A stretch of DNA of 64,000 nucleotides from positions 45,944,001-46,008,000 of the forward strand of contig NC_087251.1 in assembly GCF_037042905.1 (NCBI RefSeq), read 5' to 3'. The position numbers and the translations under genes are program-made. Source of the stretch: Lytechinus pictus (lineage: Eukaryota). Numbering within the stretch: the stretch's first letter is position 1; every line of letters starts with the position of its first letter. Below, piece by piece: positions 34,537-47,883 of the stretch. A model generated the notes under the pieces. The model did not search any database and was not told the DNA's origin. It saw only the letters and a program-made list of their open reading frames with translations.

Positions 34537-36228
34537 CATGTAAGATATCAGATATCATGTCTTACACTCTATTAAGAAATTAATTATACATTTATGTCTT
34601 ACACACGTCATGAAATGATTGTTTTAGGAAGTGACTTAATTATCCAATATTTAAAACTTGAAAGCTATTTTGTCATTTATCAAGACAATTAGTCTATTTA
34701 TTACAAATGTTGAAGCTTTTGTTTAAACGCTTATTAACTGAGGAGAGTGGTGATTTTTATATGACACTTTATTAGAATTAATGTTTCACTTGTTCAGAGT
34801 TAGAACACTACTATTAGGTACTCGAAAGCAAGTATAGAAAGTTCAGTGACCTGCTTGAATGTACTCGGCATTTACTTTATTATAAACCATTTGAATAACA
34901 AATGATATGAACTGTAGGCTGTTAATCCTTGCGTATTCTCTTCCAGACGACCGTTTTCTCGATGATTTATCCACGTCTCTTGACGTTTTACCACGTGTCT
35001 CCACGTTTCCATGTATCGCCATGGTTCTCGTTTGGCAATGTTTACCTACGTCCTATGTCTTGTGACGTTCACTGCCTCTTCGACGTCTTACGACGTTCTT
35101 CACGGGAAAGTCCCGAGTTCTTGGTTACCCGGTTTCTTCTTCTGGTTTGGCAAGTTCATCGCATTTGCGAGTTCATCCCATATCGTCTTCCGTTCGGCAC
35201 AGCTCATCCATTTCTTCAGCATCGCATGATCAATTTGGACATTGAAGCATTCGACGTCTGACGTGATGAGTGAAGACTTGAGAAACTGAACTTTCCCCAT
35301 AGTCGGTATACGCGTATACTATATAGATTGTTCTCATAAACACAGAGTTTATGCTCTTTCCTTGAATAGGAATTGCAGGTCACTATGCATTAGATTATGC
35401 AGATCATGCTAATTTGAATTGAAACAGATTGTTCCAAAATTCGTTGATACTGGTTTACTGATCTTTGTTTTGACAGCTTGTGAGCCTCGATAATGGCAAT
35501 ATTGATATATATATGATAAATTCATTTTGATTGAAATGTACAATCCTATCTTATAGTTTAATTCTTGGGTGGTCAAACAGCCTGATTAGATTAATAAGTC
35601 AAGTTCACATCAAACACAATTTTCTAGGTACGACAATGGGGTAAACAGTAATTATACCAAAAGATTAGTGGATGAATTGTCGTGTAGACGAACAAGGTTT
35701 TAACTAAGTAGGATGACAATTTTAATTCTTCTTCACCTGAGAAGTTTACAAGCCTCGTTTTTTTATAGACATATATATTTATTCTTTTTTTTTTTGGGGG
35801 GGGGGCAACTTTCAGCCAAGATCCCTAAATACTCACCTTTTCAATAAAATGGCAGGGGGTTGCTTAATGATTTTATAAAGATATGAATCATTATTTTGTT
35901 TCTCTCTATAATTCTGTTTATTAATGCTCTTTCATTTTAAAACGCAGATTGTAACCCCGACTGGGATATGGGCAGATTTCAGAAACCACCAAAATGCCTC
36001 TTTTTTAGAGAAAAATTAGAATGGGGTTAATTGATAAAAAGATTTTTTAAAAATCTATTTATTATTTTGTCTCTCATTCTAGAAAGCTGATCTTATCCCA
36101 TGGGGTTTGGGGCATTTTCACAAAAAATTCTTATATAACCACTCAGATAAGAGAAAAATTGCATGATTTTTCTTGAGAAGTGAATTATTTTTCCCCGTGT
36201 GCATTATTATTTATTTATTTATTTAAAC

Positions 36229-36398
36229 AAGTGCACACTTAGTGCATATAGCATTTTCATTTATTTGAAAGCAGGATAAAAGAGCATTGTAGATTAATTG
36301 CCTTGCTCACTGGCATAGGTGCCGCGGCCGGCCGGGGATCGAACCCCGGACTTTCCATGTATATAGCCAGGCGCCTTAGACCACTCGGCCGCGACACC
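36229..36398 (-). mobile_element. tRNA-derived SINE
   Basis: Pol III A box (GGCCGAGTGG) and B box (GGTTCGATCCC), then the GAGCAAGGCA core. Confidence 0.75.
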
Positions 36399-38034
36399 TC
36401 ACCACTCACGTGTGCATTATGCTTGAAAACAGACGGAGGATAAGAGTGATATCATGGTCTGTTCAGTTACATTAATTGTCAAAGATATGAAAACAGAGCA
36501 CATACAGATAAGTACAGAGGTCACAACGGAACTGACATGACTTAATAATTTATTTCCAATGACATATCACCTCAGGGGCAGATCCCGCCTTTTTTTAATC
36601 TTTACTTTAAATTTTAGTTAACGGCCTAGCGGAAATTGTTTTCCTATTTTTTCTAAATTATTCCCTTCCCATTAATTTGTTCACTCTTTTTTGTTTCTTT
36701 TACCTTTCTTCTCCCCTTCCTCTCTTTATTGTTTCTTCTTTTCCTGTTGGTTCTAAGTTTTGCACTGCCAATAGGCCCCGGCCTCCACCTATCTTTTCTT
36801 TTTGTCATGCTCAAAATATACATAAACCAAATTCTTCGAATAGGGTACTTGTATGGTTTAAGAGATTAATGGCACACAGATCTGGGGGGTCATAGCCCCC
36901 AAAAAGTTTTACGACCAAAAAAAAAAGAAAAGGAATGAGAAATGAAGGGGAAGAAAAAAAAAAAAAAAGGTAAGATGCAATGTTATTTCCTGAATATTAC
37001 GTCAAAATCTATTTTCAAAAGATATTACTTTTAAAAAATGTCATAACTCTCTCGCTGCGTTCTTTCAGGAATTTTTTTTTTCACAGATACAATGTGAGTC
37101 CCCTCGAAATTTTTGGCTCAATACGCGACTGTTTATAGATTTAAAACAAATGTTACCAATTTCTCTTAAAAGTGCTTTATATATGTGTTCTTTTGCCCCT
37201 TGAGAGGCACCTTTTTTTTGCATGTCAAAATTATTGCTGTACAAAAATGCCCCCCCCCCCCCCCCTTTGGAACAATTGGATCCACCCTAGCTGATTCAAA
37301 AGTTCTTTTTTCCCCCCTTGGAACCCTTGAATTTACTTGTTACTCTCCCTTTCCCCTTTGATGTTAAAATTTGAAAGGAAATATCCCTGACCTTTTAAAT
37401 GCAAATTAGGCAGAAGCAAGAAATGTTCTGAATGTTGCGATAGGTTTTGTTTGGGCGGGAACAAAAGAAATGGGTCTATTGAACTTCAAGAGAAGTGCTG
37501 TGCTCCAGTGAACAAAGGTAGCACAGGTTGAAACTTACTACATGGACATGATGTATTGAGAAGATGACACCTTCAAGAGATGCACTTGTGATCTGCTCCT
37601 GATATCCTAATTGTACTTTGTTGGTTTTGAACACCTTAATATGTGAGTATTCTTTCTGATGTCAGGAGTAATATTGATAAGATTTGGATGAGCTAGGGAG
37701 GGTGGAGAGAACTTGATTTTGCATGAATGAAGCTTATAGCCTGATGGTTGAGATTCCAAAATGCTTGCCAATACTAGAAAGTTATGTCAGTTTGTTAGAC
37801 ATTAATAAATAATTGATGTTTTCTTTTGTACTGCATGCATTCATAAAAACGAGCCAAGTTGCTTTGTTTAATAAAATTTGTATTTGTAGATATATTTTGT
37901 TGGTACATGTAGCTTATAAAGAAAGTGATAATTGGTGACTAACAAATTGCATCTGTTAAATCTTAACATGCACTATTTTGCTTATGCATGCATTAACTAA
38001 ATTACATATACATTAAATTAAAAAAACTGTATGT

Positions 38035-38843
38035 GGAGGAGCCGTGGTGAAGTGGTTCTGACCCTCGCTTTGTAAACAGAGGGTCGTTTGTTCGAATCCC
38101 ACCGTGGTCTGGCGTCCCTTGGCAAGGCGTTAATCCACACTTTGCCACTCTCGACCCAGGTGCTAAATGGGTACCCGGTAGCAGGCGCGCCGGAACACTT
38201 TCAGTTTTGGGGGGGCAAAATCCCAAAGGGGGCACAATATTTTTGACAGCGTGAGATACCAAAGCGATCGAGCGGGAGAGGGTGTGGGACCCCCCACGGT
38301 AAGGACTTTGTGTAAAAATGGAGTATAAAAGTTGCATTTCTAAGAGCATTCAAAAATAAATTTCTTGAGAATTATACATAGAATTCACTACGAAAGACTA
38401 TACTCATAATTTATGAGAACCTATGAAATCTACGCGCAAAACGATCGCTTCGGAATGTGGTTTTCATGTCTGATCAATTAACTTACGTATTACGCTTATA
38501 TTGACTCAAAATACCAGAAATTACATTTTTCATGCAATATCCTTTCAGAAACATTTATTTATGTACATTTACATACACGGACGACGCGAGAGAGCACAAT
38601 CCTCATAAGTTTCAAGCACTAGCGTACCTACGGGGGGGGGGGGGCAGAGGGGCAGTCTGCCCCCCCCCCTGACGAGCCACAACCCATGCAAAGGACGTAT
38701 CCCTGCCCCCCCCCCCCTGACGAGCTTGAAGACCTTTATTGCCCCCCCCCCTGACGATCTTGAAGACCCTTCTTTTTTTTTTTTTTTTTTTTTTTTGCTT
38801 GTCAAATTTTTTTCTGGTACGAAATCCTTCATTAGAAGACCTT

Positions 38844-38879
<36 letters not shown>

Positions 38880-41068
38880 TGTCAAATTTTTTGGCGGACG
38901 GTTTTGCCCCCCCCTGTGAAAAATCCCAGGTACGCCACTGGTTTCAAGTAATTCTTGTCAGAACAAGGAGTAAGCAGAAGAAGCGTAACAACAGAAACAA
39001 AAGAAATTCTAATGAATGTCTTTTCAAATTCAAAATGTCATACTGTTCTGACGTGGCAGACGTCGATAAGCACTTAAATCCCCATTCTATGCAAATCATT
39101 TCTGACATCAGCATTGGAGATAGTCCCTGATTATCCATGCATGGGCAATACGTTTCATATTTTGTAACTTGAGGAAAAAGAAATATGACAAGCTTAATTG
39201 TCTATTTAAAACTTTTCTGAAAATCACTCAAGTTTAAAACATTACTCGATTTATGTGTTTCCTTTTGCATGTTTTGTATGGCTGGGAAGCACTTTTGGAT
39301 GACTCCTTCAAAATCTTCTTTTTTCTTTACATATTTTCTGGGGAAAATGTGACCATAACTAGTTTTGTTTCCTCCCTATTGACCCAGACTGGTGTTTCTT
39401 CATGATAAGGGTCGCAGTTCCAGCAAATGACGAGCCTGGCAAACGAAATTGTTTCAAACCAAAGTAATATAGGCCTTTTAAAGACTTTGAGATGGCAAAC
39501 ATGATCGTACGCAGCCGGGGGCCGCCGATCGAGAGCAAAAATTCACAAAATTCACCAAAAGTGTGCACGAAATCTTTTAATTTTATTCTAGAAAATGCAA
39601 AAGCTCCCCCATCACAAACCCCTCGCTCTTAAGTATCTTCGAAAATTTAGGTCTTGCAGCCCCACCCACCCCCGGATTTTTTTAGATTTTTGCATACATC
39701 CATGAATAACAAAAGCTGGGATAAACCAGAGAATATAGCTGCCTCTCGATCTGATGAGTAATAGGTAATGGGAAGGACTTCGTCTTGGAATCTAAAATAC
39801 AAAAGTGCTATATCATATGAGCTGAAATAGTATCAGACAAAACGCCTGCCAATCATGCCAATGAAAAGGAATCGAGGAAAATACGGGGCTATGAAAATAG
39901 TAGAGCAGTACTGTAACGCTTATTTTTCTTTGATATTATTTACTTACATTTTTATTCATATCTCGGATATGATTCGGATCAAGGAAACACTTTCACAGAT
40001 GATTTTATTAAACATTATCTCTAAGTTGCTTTCGAGTGGGATTCACCATTTTCACAAATTATAAATTATAATCCTCTACACATAATTATTCTGTGTGTAA
40101 TTTTCTGATAACATGTCTATATTGAGTTGAAATGACCTTGGTATTTTCTTTAGGGCACTGACTTGTTATCATTGTATTAACTCAATTTATATTTAGTTGA
40201 AAATGAAATAATTGAAATAAGTTTTCATAATTTAAATCTATATCTTTATTAATCTATACTTACAATTTCAGGGATGACTTACATAGATATTGACGACCTC
40301 GAGATGTCATGCATGGTTTCTGGGCTTGACAGCTATGACATAGATTCCATAATTGTTGCTCGAGTAACTAGCGTTCGAGTAAACGCGCGTTAGTGATATC
40401 GGGTCCGGTCTGAGCGTTTCTGGGCGACCGCTCGTTTGTTAGCCGACACAGCCAGCATGCATTGGTGTACAACTTTTAATTTGCCATTCGGTTTTAGTCT
40501 GAAATGTATTCATTAAAAGGTTAAACGTTATCACGCTGTAATAAGATGGAAAAGGGGCTTATGAAAGGTATGTTTCACAGAGGGACATGTTCGTCAAAAG
40601 ACGCGAGGCTTAGTACTATGATATGTAATTGCCCCGTCAGGGGCGAAATTTTTTCATTTTGACAATGGAAATTACAATTTTTAGGCAGAAAAGTGCCTTC
40701 ATCGTTTACTTTTGTCCTTAAATAATTTATAAGTTTTCTACTTTTGGGGGGGCAAAATCTCGTTTTGCCCCCCAAAAATTTTATTTGGGGGGGGCAAGTG
40801 CCCCCCCTGCCCCCCCCCCCCCCCCCGCTTCCGGCGCCCTTGCCCGGTAGGATATGAAAGTCATTGTAGCTTGTCCAGTACTGCGTGCGCCTCACCGGCG
40901 ACTGACTGGAAAACTCCCCAGGGAGTGGAGGATGTGCATACATTGTGTGCGGGAATGACTGATTGAATCCGATGACCAGGATAATAATATATCTGTAAAG
41001 CACTTGGACACGTCGTTCCGATGTATTAAGCGCTATATATAAAAGCGGATTATTATTATCATTATTAT
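38035..41068 (+). mobile_element. tRNA-derived SINE interrupted by a 2.66-kb hAT-like element
   Basis: A and B boxes (GTGGTGAAGTGG, GTTCGAATCCC) at 38044-38100; resumes after the TSD at 40843; (TTA)n tail. Confidence 0.85.
38182..40842. mobile_element. Non-autonomous hAT-like element with 8-bp TSD (CCCGGTAG), containing a MITE at 38617-38940 (TSD GTTTCAAG)
   Basis: TIR CAGGCGCGCCGGAA...TTCCGGCGCCCTTG; both TSD pairs read directly. Confidence 0.88.
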
Positions 41069-41730
41069 GTGATATTTCATAAACTTTATATTAGCTTTAC
41101 TTTAGAAAATCTGAGAGAAAAGACACATACCCTAGTAAAAATCAATCGAGACAAAAGACAATTTGACAAAATGAAGATAAATTTACACGTAATTAAGATG
41201 TATTTGAAGCACCACTTTTATTCTAACATCTCATGAGGCAGCACCACAATATATACTATATTTTTATTTCATACATTTGGACATCTTTCCTAAATATGAA
41301 GTAGACTGTTTTATACAATCTAAATCTTGAGTATTATTATACCTTTATGATGTTCATTGATCAAGTGACTCCTTGGTTAGTATTCTCATAATGAAACCTA
41401 GGTTTAATGCTAGTCTAAACGAGCAGTATACACCATACTTCTATGTAAAGCTGGTGTTTAGAATACTTCTTAAATATTCATGGCGCAGATAGTGTACCGA
41501 TTAATTCATTAAAATTCATTATATTTTCATATTTTTCAATTCTCATTTTGCAATGTAATTATTTTTTGACAACATTTTGCCACAGGAATGGAATAATTTC
41601 TATTTGGTGAATGGGTTGACAACTGGCACTCCATACAAACTTGGTGTAGGTCTAAACTAAACCATGGCTATCGGAATACCACCCCTTCAGCAAAATCAGC
41701 CGAGTCAGAATACACAAATGGTTACTCTTG

Positions 41731-41972
41731 CACTGCAAAAACTCCGGTGTTGATTTAACACCAGCCCGGAATCTATATATGTCCACAGCAGAGAAGTGTG
41801 AAACAACACCAGTTTGGTCTAACACTAGATAGGTGTTCATACAACACCAATTAGTTTTAAAATAGAATTGGTTTAATTCCAAACTGGTGTTTCAATTCTT
41901 CTCTGGTGTGGACAGTGGACATATTTAGATTCCGGGCTGGTGTTAAATCAACACCGGAGTTTTTGCAGAGTG
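41731..41972. mobile_element. MITE with CACTG terminus (EnSpm/CACTA-like)
   Basis: ~43-bp TIR CTGCAAAAACTCCGGTGTTGATTTAACACCAGCCCGGAATCTA. Confidence 0.8.
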
Positions 41973-43480
41973 GGATTTTATAGTAACAATATGTATATTG
42001 CAAGCCTGCATCCTGAAAATAATTTTTCTTTTTTAATAAAAGCAACAAAAAAAGAAAGAAAAAAAAAAGAAAATGAGTAGGCAAACTTGAATAGACTTAA
42101 ACAAAAAGGGAGAAGTTTGAATTCTATTAGAGTTACTATCCCATACAATTTTAGAATACTATTGATACAATCAATTGGGCAAAATGAATTCGTGAAGTAT
42201 GTCTATTGATTTCTACTTCAAAATATATAAAAATATGAATTTTTCATTTATAGTTCACATCTAATTTGTTAAGTACTTCATCATAACCAATGATGAATAA
42301 ATGGGGGAGGGGGCTTGGGGACACTGAAACCCTTACAAATTCCATTACCGAGGGCCGGGGGAAACGAAAGAGGGGAAAAAGTAGAAAAAGAATGGATATA
42401 AAATCAAATAAATTAATTAAAATGCAGAAATAAAAAAAGAAATGTGCAAATTTCCAGATGAAATGATAAATATTTATGATGTCAATTGTACTACAGAGGC
42501 AGTGATAACAGGCAGCAAATATGTTAAAATCATCATAATACAACATAACATTATATTATTAATATCTTATCAAACTGTACAAAATTGAAAATAACATACC
42601 ACCTGTAGTGCAAAATTTTAGATTTCACACGGAAATGAAAAAAATACAGAGCTCTAAATGTTAGAAAACGTATAAAAGATTTACCCAGGGGGCCACTTTC
42701 ATTACAAGGTGGAAACCATGCTTGTCCACAAAAGCATGTAAAAGGGGGTATCGAAATACGGCAGAAATCCGGAAAAAAAAAGAGGGATACTTTTCAAATA
42801 GAATATTTGAGACATTATATAGGTTGGGTATGTGACAAAACTTGTTCAGGGTACTCTCAGATGGAAACACAATTACTTGTCATGGGTTCTTTTGGAAAAT
42901 CCACGGACATGCATAGTGTCTGCCTCACATTGACAGTGGCCCACTGGGGTAAATTTACCAACATGTACATGAACTGGCATTCTTATTTTGTTGTTGAAAT
43001 GACAAACTGATCAAATTTTGGAATCCAAATAAGAAAAACTGTAAAGATAACCATACAATTCATAAAACAAACTGTACAAACCTTTTATTGGGGGAATGTA
43101 GTGTGCAATCTTCAGAAATAGCTTTATTGCATTTGATTTATTTTACTTGATTTAGTGTCTAATAAATGGAAATTTGATGTACACTAGTGACTAACAAATA
43201 CAAAGTATACAAAATTTTGCTGCGAGTACCCTTCATTGTTGAGAAATAACCTTTTATTTACTGATTTATCAGGTCTAATTGGCAATAGATAAACAAAATG
43301 ATGAAATACTGTTGAACACAATGCAGAGCCTTACCCTGGAAAATTTAATTCATATATTGCAAAATTTAGAGGAAAAATACAGGATTTGTGGAAAAACTGT
43401 TCACAGTAATTTTCCTTTCTTGAGATAAAATGTATTACATTACTGTTATTGATATTCTATATTGCACAATTTAAATTCCT

Positions 43481-44888
43481 CAGGACAGACAGGACCATAA
43501 GGACCAATACTGGCAGTACAGAAGCATGGTTAGAGCACTTACACTAGACCCAGTCACATACATTGCTTCAAGATGTAAACAATGCGTTGTTGTTACACTA
43601 AGCATCACAATGACATTACCGGTTGTAACAGAAGCCTCTGTTGTTGTTAACGTTGGCATATTGCTAGCGTTATCATCTTTTTTGCATGGCCAGTACAGGA
43701 CAGACAGGACCTTAAAGGGATGGTCCGGGCTGAAAGTATTTATAGCGTAATAAATACAGTAGAATTCACTGAGCAAAATGCCAAAAATTTCATCAAAATC
43801 GGATAACAAATAACAAAGTTATTGAATTTTAAAGTTCAGTAATATTTGGGGAAAACAGTCGTCATGAATATTCATTAGGTGGGCTGATGATGTCACATCT
43901 CCACTTGTTCTTTTGTATTTTATTATATGAAATGAGGTTTATTCAAATTTTTTCCTCCAAGAAGTAGAAAAATTGGAATGACAACTGATTTAGTGCATTA
44001 GATATTTATTGCTGCAACTTATTTCATTATAAGGAGACATATTATTCACACAAGTATGAAATAATGAAAAAATTATGATTTTATGTAATAACATATGAAA
44101 ACAGAAAGTGGAGATGTGACATCATCAGCCCACCTAATGAATATTCATGACGACTGTTTACACCAAATATTGCTAAACTTTAAACTTCAATAACTTTATT
44201 ATTTGTTATCCGATTTTGATGAAATTTTCGGCATTTTACTCAGTGAATTCTACTCCATGTATTAAGATATAAATATTTTCAGCCCGGACCATCCCTTTAA
44301 GGACCAATACTGGCAGTACAGAAGCATGGTTAGAGCACTTACACTAGACCCAGTCACATACATTGCTCCAAGATGCAAATAATGCGTTGTTGTAACACTC
44401 TGTTGTTAACGTTGGCATATTGCTAGCGCTAACATCGTTTTTGCGCGGACGGTACAGGACAGACAGCACCTATAGGACCAATACTGGCAGCAAAGAAGCA
44501 TGGTTAGAGCACTTACACTAGACCCAGTCACATACATTGCTTCAAGATGTAAACAATGCGTTGCTGTAACACTAAGCATCACAATGACATTACCGGTTGT
44601 AACAGAAGCCTCTGTTGTTGTTAACGTTGGCATATTGCTAGCGCTAACATTTTTGCGCGGCCGGTACAGGACAGACAGCACCTATAGGACCAATACTGGC
44701 AGCAAAGAAGCATGGTTAGAGCACTTACACTAGACCCAGTCACACACATTGCTCCAAGATGTAAACAATGCATTATTGTAACACTAAGCATCACAATGAC
44801 ATTACCGGTTGTAACAGAAGCCTCTGTTGTTGTTAACGTTGGCATATATTGCTAGTGCTAACAACGTTTTTGCGCGGCCGATACAGGG
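43481..44888. repeat. ~215-bp tandem repeat, 4 units, interrupted by a Kolobok-like MITE
   Basis: CAGGACAGACAG unit starts at 43481, 43696, 44455, 44667; unit 2 has a ~40-bp deletion. Confidence 0.9.
43716..44296. mobile_element. Intact 581-bp Kolobok-like MITE (TTAA TSD)
   Basis: TTAA|AGGGATGGTCCGGGCTGAAA...TTTCAGCCCGGACCATCCCT|TTAA; long palindromic arms. Confidence 0.9.
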
Positions 44889-46263
44889 GGTTACATCAAC
44901 GTGTATATTGTTGGCAGGGATGGAGCCTGGATATACTTGAGAGGGGGACAGCTCTGACAAATAAAAAAAAGTACACAAGCATGAACAAAAAGGAATGAAA
45001 GAGTTACCACAACTCCAACAGAGCATTTTTCAAATCGAAAATACAAAGGGGAGGGTTGCTCCACCCCCTCTCCCCCGGGGAACTGCACCTGAACTGAATG
45101 ATGGGAGTTTTGCTTATGTCACTTTTTGGAGAAGAAACAATGGCTGTCAGAAGCTTGTCAGATTGTCGCGTAATAAAAAAAGGGTTTTCCTTAAAATATC
45201 CAATAATAAGTCTTATCACATCATTAGTTTAAAACAGGTACAAATTGAGATTCTGCACATTAACGTATGTATCAATTGTGTCTTAATGCTTACAACAAAC
45301 TTATTATGTTCATAGATATGCAACATAACATGTACAAAATATAAAAGAGCAAATGTCTGAAATAGAGGTAGATATAGCATTATGGAAGAGTGTCTGCTTT
45401 TTAATCATCTGTCACACATTTTCTATACAGTACAAACATAGTAAATCAACATACCTTGTGGCTTTCCATTTTTTTTGCATAATTTTTTCTCGTACTTTCT
45501 CAAGAAATATTCCGGCTCAAGATGAAAGATAATCCAATATTAATTTGATTTATACTAATGTAAATCTAATAAGGAACGAGCAAGACATTTCTATACAGCC
45601 AAATAATTATTACAATTAGGCCATGACATGCAACAAAGAGCATTTGTGTATAGCAACATATTCATATAACAACCGAGTGCAGCATTTCTCTATCTGATAC
45701 AATAATGCAATCATTAATAGCGGAATATATGTGCTTCATGCTATTAAAAAAAAAAAATTTTTGTTACAAAATAAATGAAGTTAACAATTGACAAGCTGAT
45801 TAAATGTTGAATTTCCATATATATCTACTGCATCATACTTCAGCCCTCATTGTCCAATCTGATCATTTATTTTTTAAGTTATTTTTATAAATAAGGTACA
45901 CTACACTTCTTGGGAGCTTTTCACAAAAAGTTCGGTCACTGATTTTCACGGCTTTATTCTCTCCCAGCCAATCAGATGCAAGGATTTTCAGTAGCTTATA
46001 ACATCACTAACAGAGCTCTTTATGAAATGCTCACTAGAATTGAGCATATTCTTAAAGTAGTCATGATTCACAGTACATATTTTCCAAATTCATTTGAAAA
46101 AATTATGTCACAAAACTATTCATAATCATATTCATAAAGTTAATTGAGTCTTTAAGAAAGTCTCTACTGAATTCATTTGAAGAAGTGATGTTGATAAAAC
46201 AAGTCTTTAGGCAAAACCAATATTCATAAAATTATATCCATTAAAATTCATATCAAGTGCATT

Positions 46264-47095
46264 TGGGTGGTGTTTCATAAATCTGCTCGTAAAGTTACGC
46301 ACGACTTTACGAAAAACTGGTACATGTAGATGGTAAGTCAGTTAAATACGCAGAAAAAGAGGGTCATCAGTCATATGTCAAGTCACTTACAACTTCCGAA
46401 TAGCTGTGTTAAGATCAATATCATATCATATTTGTAAAGCTATGTGCAATTTTACAAAAGACTGGTACATATTCATACATGGCAAGTCAGTTACATAGGT
46501 ATTTATCATTTAGCACAAGAAAGGGTGAACAGTAACGTGTAAGGTCATTCACAACTTACAAACAGCTTTATGAAACAACCACCAAGGCCCTGTAACAGGA
46601 AGGTTTACAATCGATCTTTCATTGCCAATGACCAATCAAGATCATCATTGCATGTGCACTTTGTTTGAAACACTAACCAGGAACCAATCAGAGTGGTTCT
46701 TTCATATTTGAAATTCATCGCAAACTTTTATGTTACAGGGCGTAGGTGGGTGAAAGCTGTTCATGAGTTATGACAGACTTTACTAACAATTGGTGATCCT
46801 TTCTTGCGATACATTTTGCACGCCAAATTTTCTTTAGTGTCGATCTAGCTCTTAAGAAAGGATGACAAGTTGCTCGTAAAGACGCTCATAACTTAAGAAC
46901 AGCTTTATGATATACCCACCTGGGGGCCGTTTCATAAAGCTGTTCGTAAGTTAAGAGCGACTTTAAGAATGACTGGTGATCCTTTCTTACGCGTTTAACA
47001 ATCACCGATTCAATATACCACTTACTGCATGAAGGGATCACCAGTCGTTCATAAAGTCGCTCTTAACTTACGAACAGCTTTATGAAACACCCACC
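46264..47095. mobile_element. Stack of Harbinger-like MITEs of different ages; youngest copy 46922-47095, sibling at 59591-59762
   Basis: GTTTCATAAAGCTGTTCGTAAGTTAAGAGCGACTTT...AAAGTCGCTCTTAACTTACGAACAGCTTTATGAAAC. Confidence 0.8.
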
Positions 47096-47752
47096 TGGTT
47101 AGTAACTGACTTACGAATGTCTCACTGCGACTTCTAAACACACACTAATTACCAGCTGCATTAATTAAACAAACTTTATAGGAATTTCCCTTGAGGAAAA
47201 TTATCACTCGCGTCAGTCATATTCATTTTAATGTTTAGAGTACTGAATGGTACTACAGCTGTCTCTTAAGCCCCATAATATCAATAATATCATATTACTA
47301 TGCATGCGAGGGTATCATGGATCTCTAAGAACAATAAGAAAAATTCATAAGAGTGTTTTCATTATCTTTGATACAATTCAATTAATTTCACATGATTGAA
47401 CATGTACAATTGCCTTCAAAATTAAATAAAAACATGCATATATATCATTTCCAACAAAGTTAAACATTAAACATGCACATATGACAAAAGTACATCATTT
47501 CAAACACTTATATATTTCATCTTCAATGATGTATATTTCTAATATATTGTCAAAATGTTATAATTACGTTACCATATTATTTTGTTACCCAGCAGATAAA
47601 CAAAATCAAATAAAATATTTCATTTAGATTTATTTGTCATGCGGGGATATTTTGTATTATAACCCATAAGTATTCTGGCTTTATAAACATAATCCTCAAA
47701 ATATTTATGTATATGAATATAATTTCACATGCATGGTTAATAAACCAGACCA

Positions 47753-47883
47753 GGGGCCCGTAACACAAAACTTAGCATTGATCGTAGAACATTTTTCTAC
47801 AACTGATTGCATTGACTACAATGTACAATCAATCATGAAAATCAAGCGTACGATTAATCGCTAACCTTTGTGTTACGGGACCC
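47753..47883. mobile_element. MITE
   Basis: GGGCCCGTAACACAAA...TTTGTGTTACGGGACCC. Confidence 0.75.

Noticed and set aside
36330..36398. Possible tRNA gene (also 38035-38105)
   Set aside because: A and B boxes are present but there is no complete cloverleaf, and both continue into SINE core sequence.
43480..44845. Repeated Thr-rich ORFs (MPTLTTTEASVTTG...)
   Set aside because: Tandem units of 212-217 bp shift frame, are interrupted by a MITE and show no exon structure.
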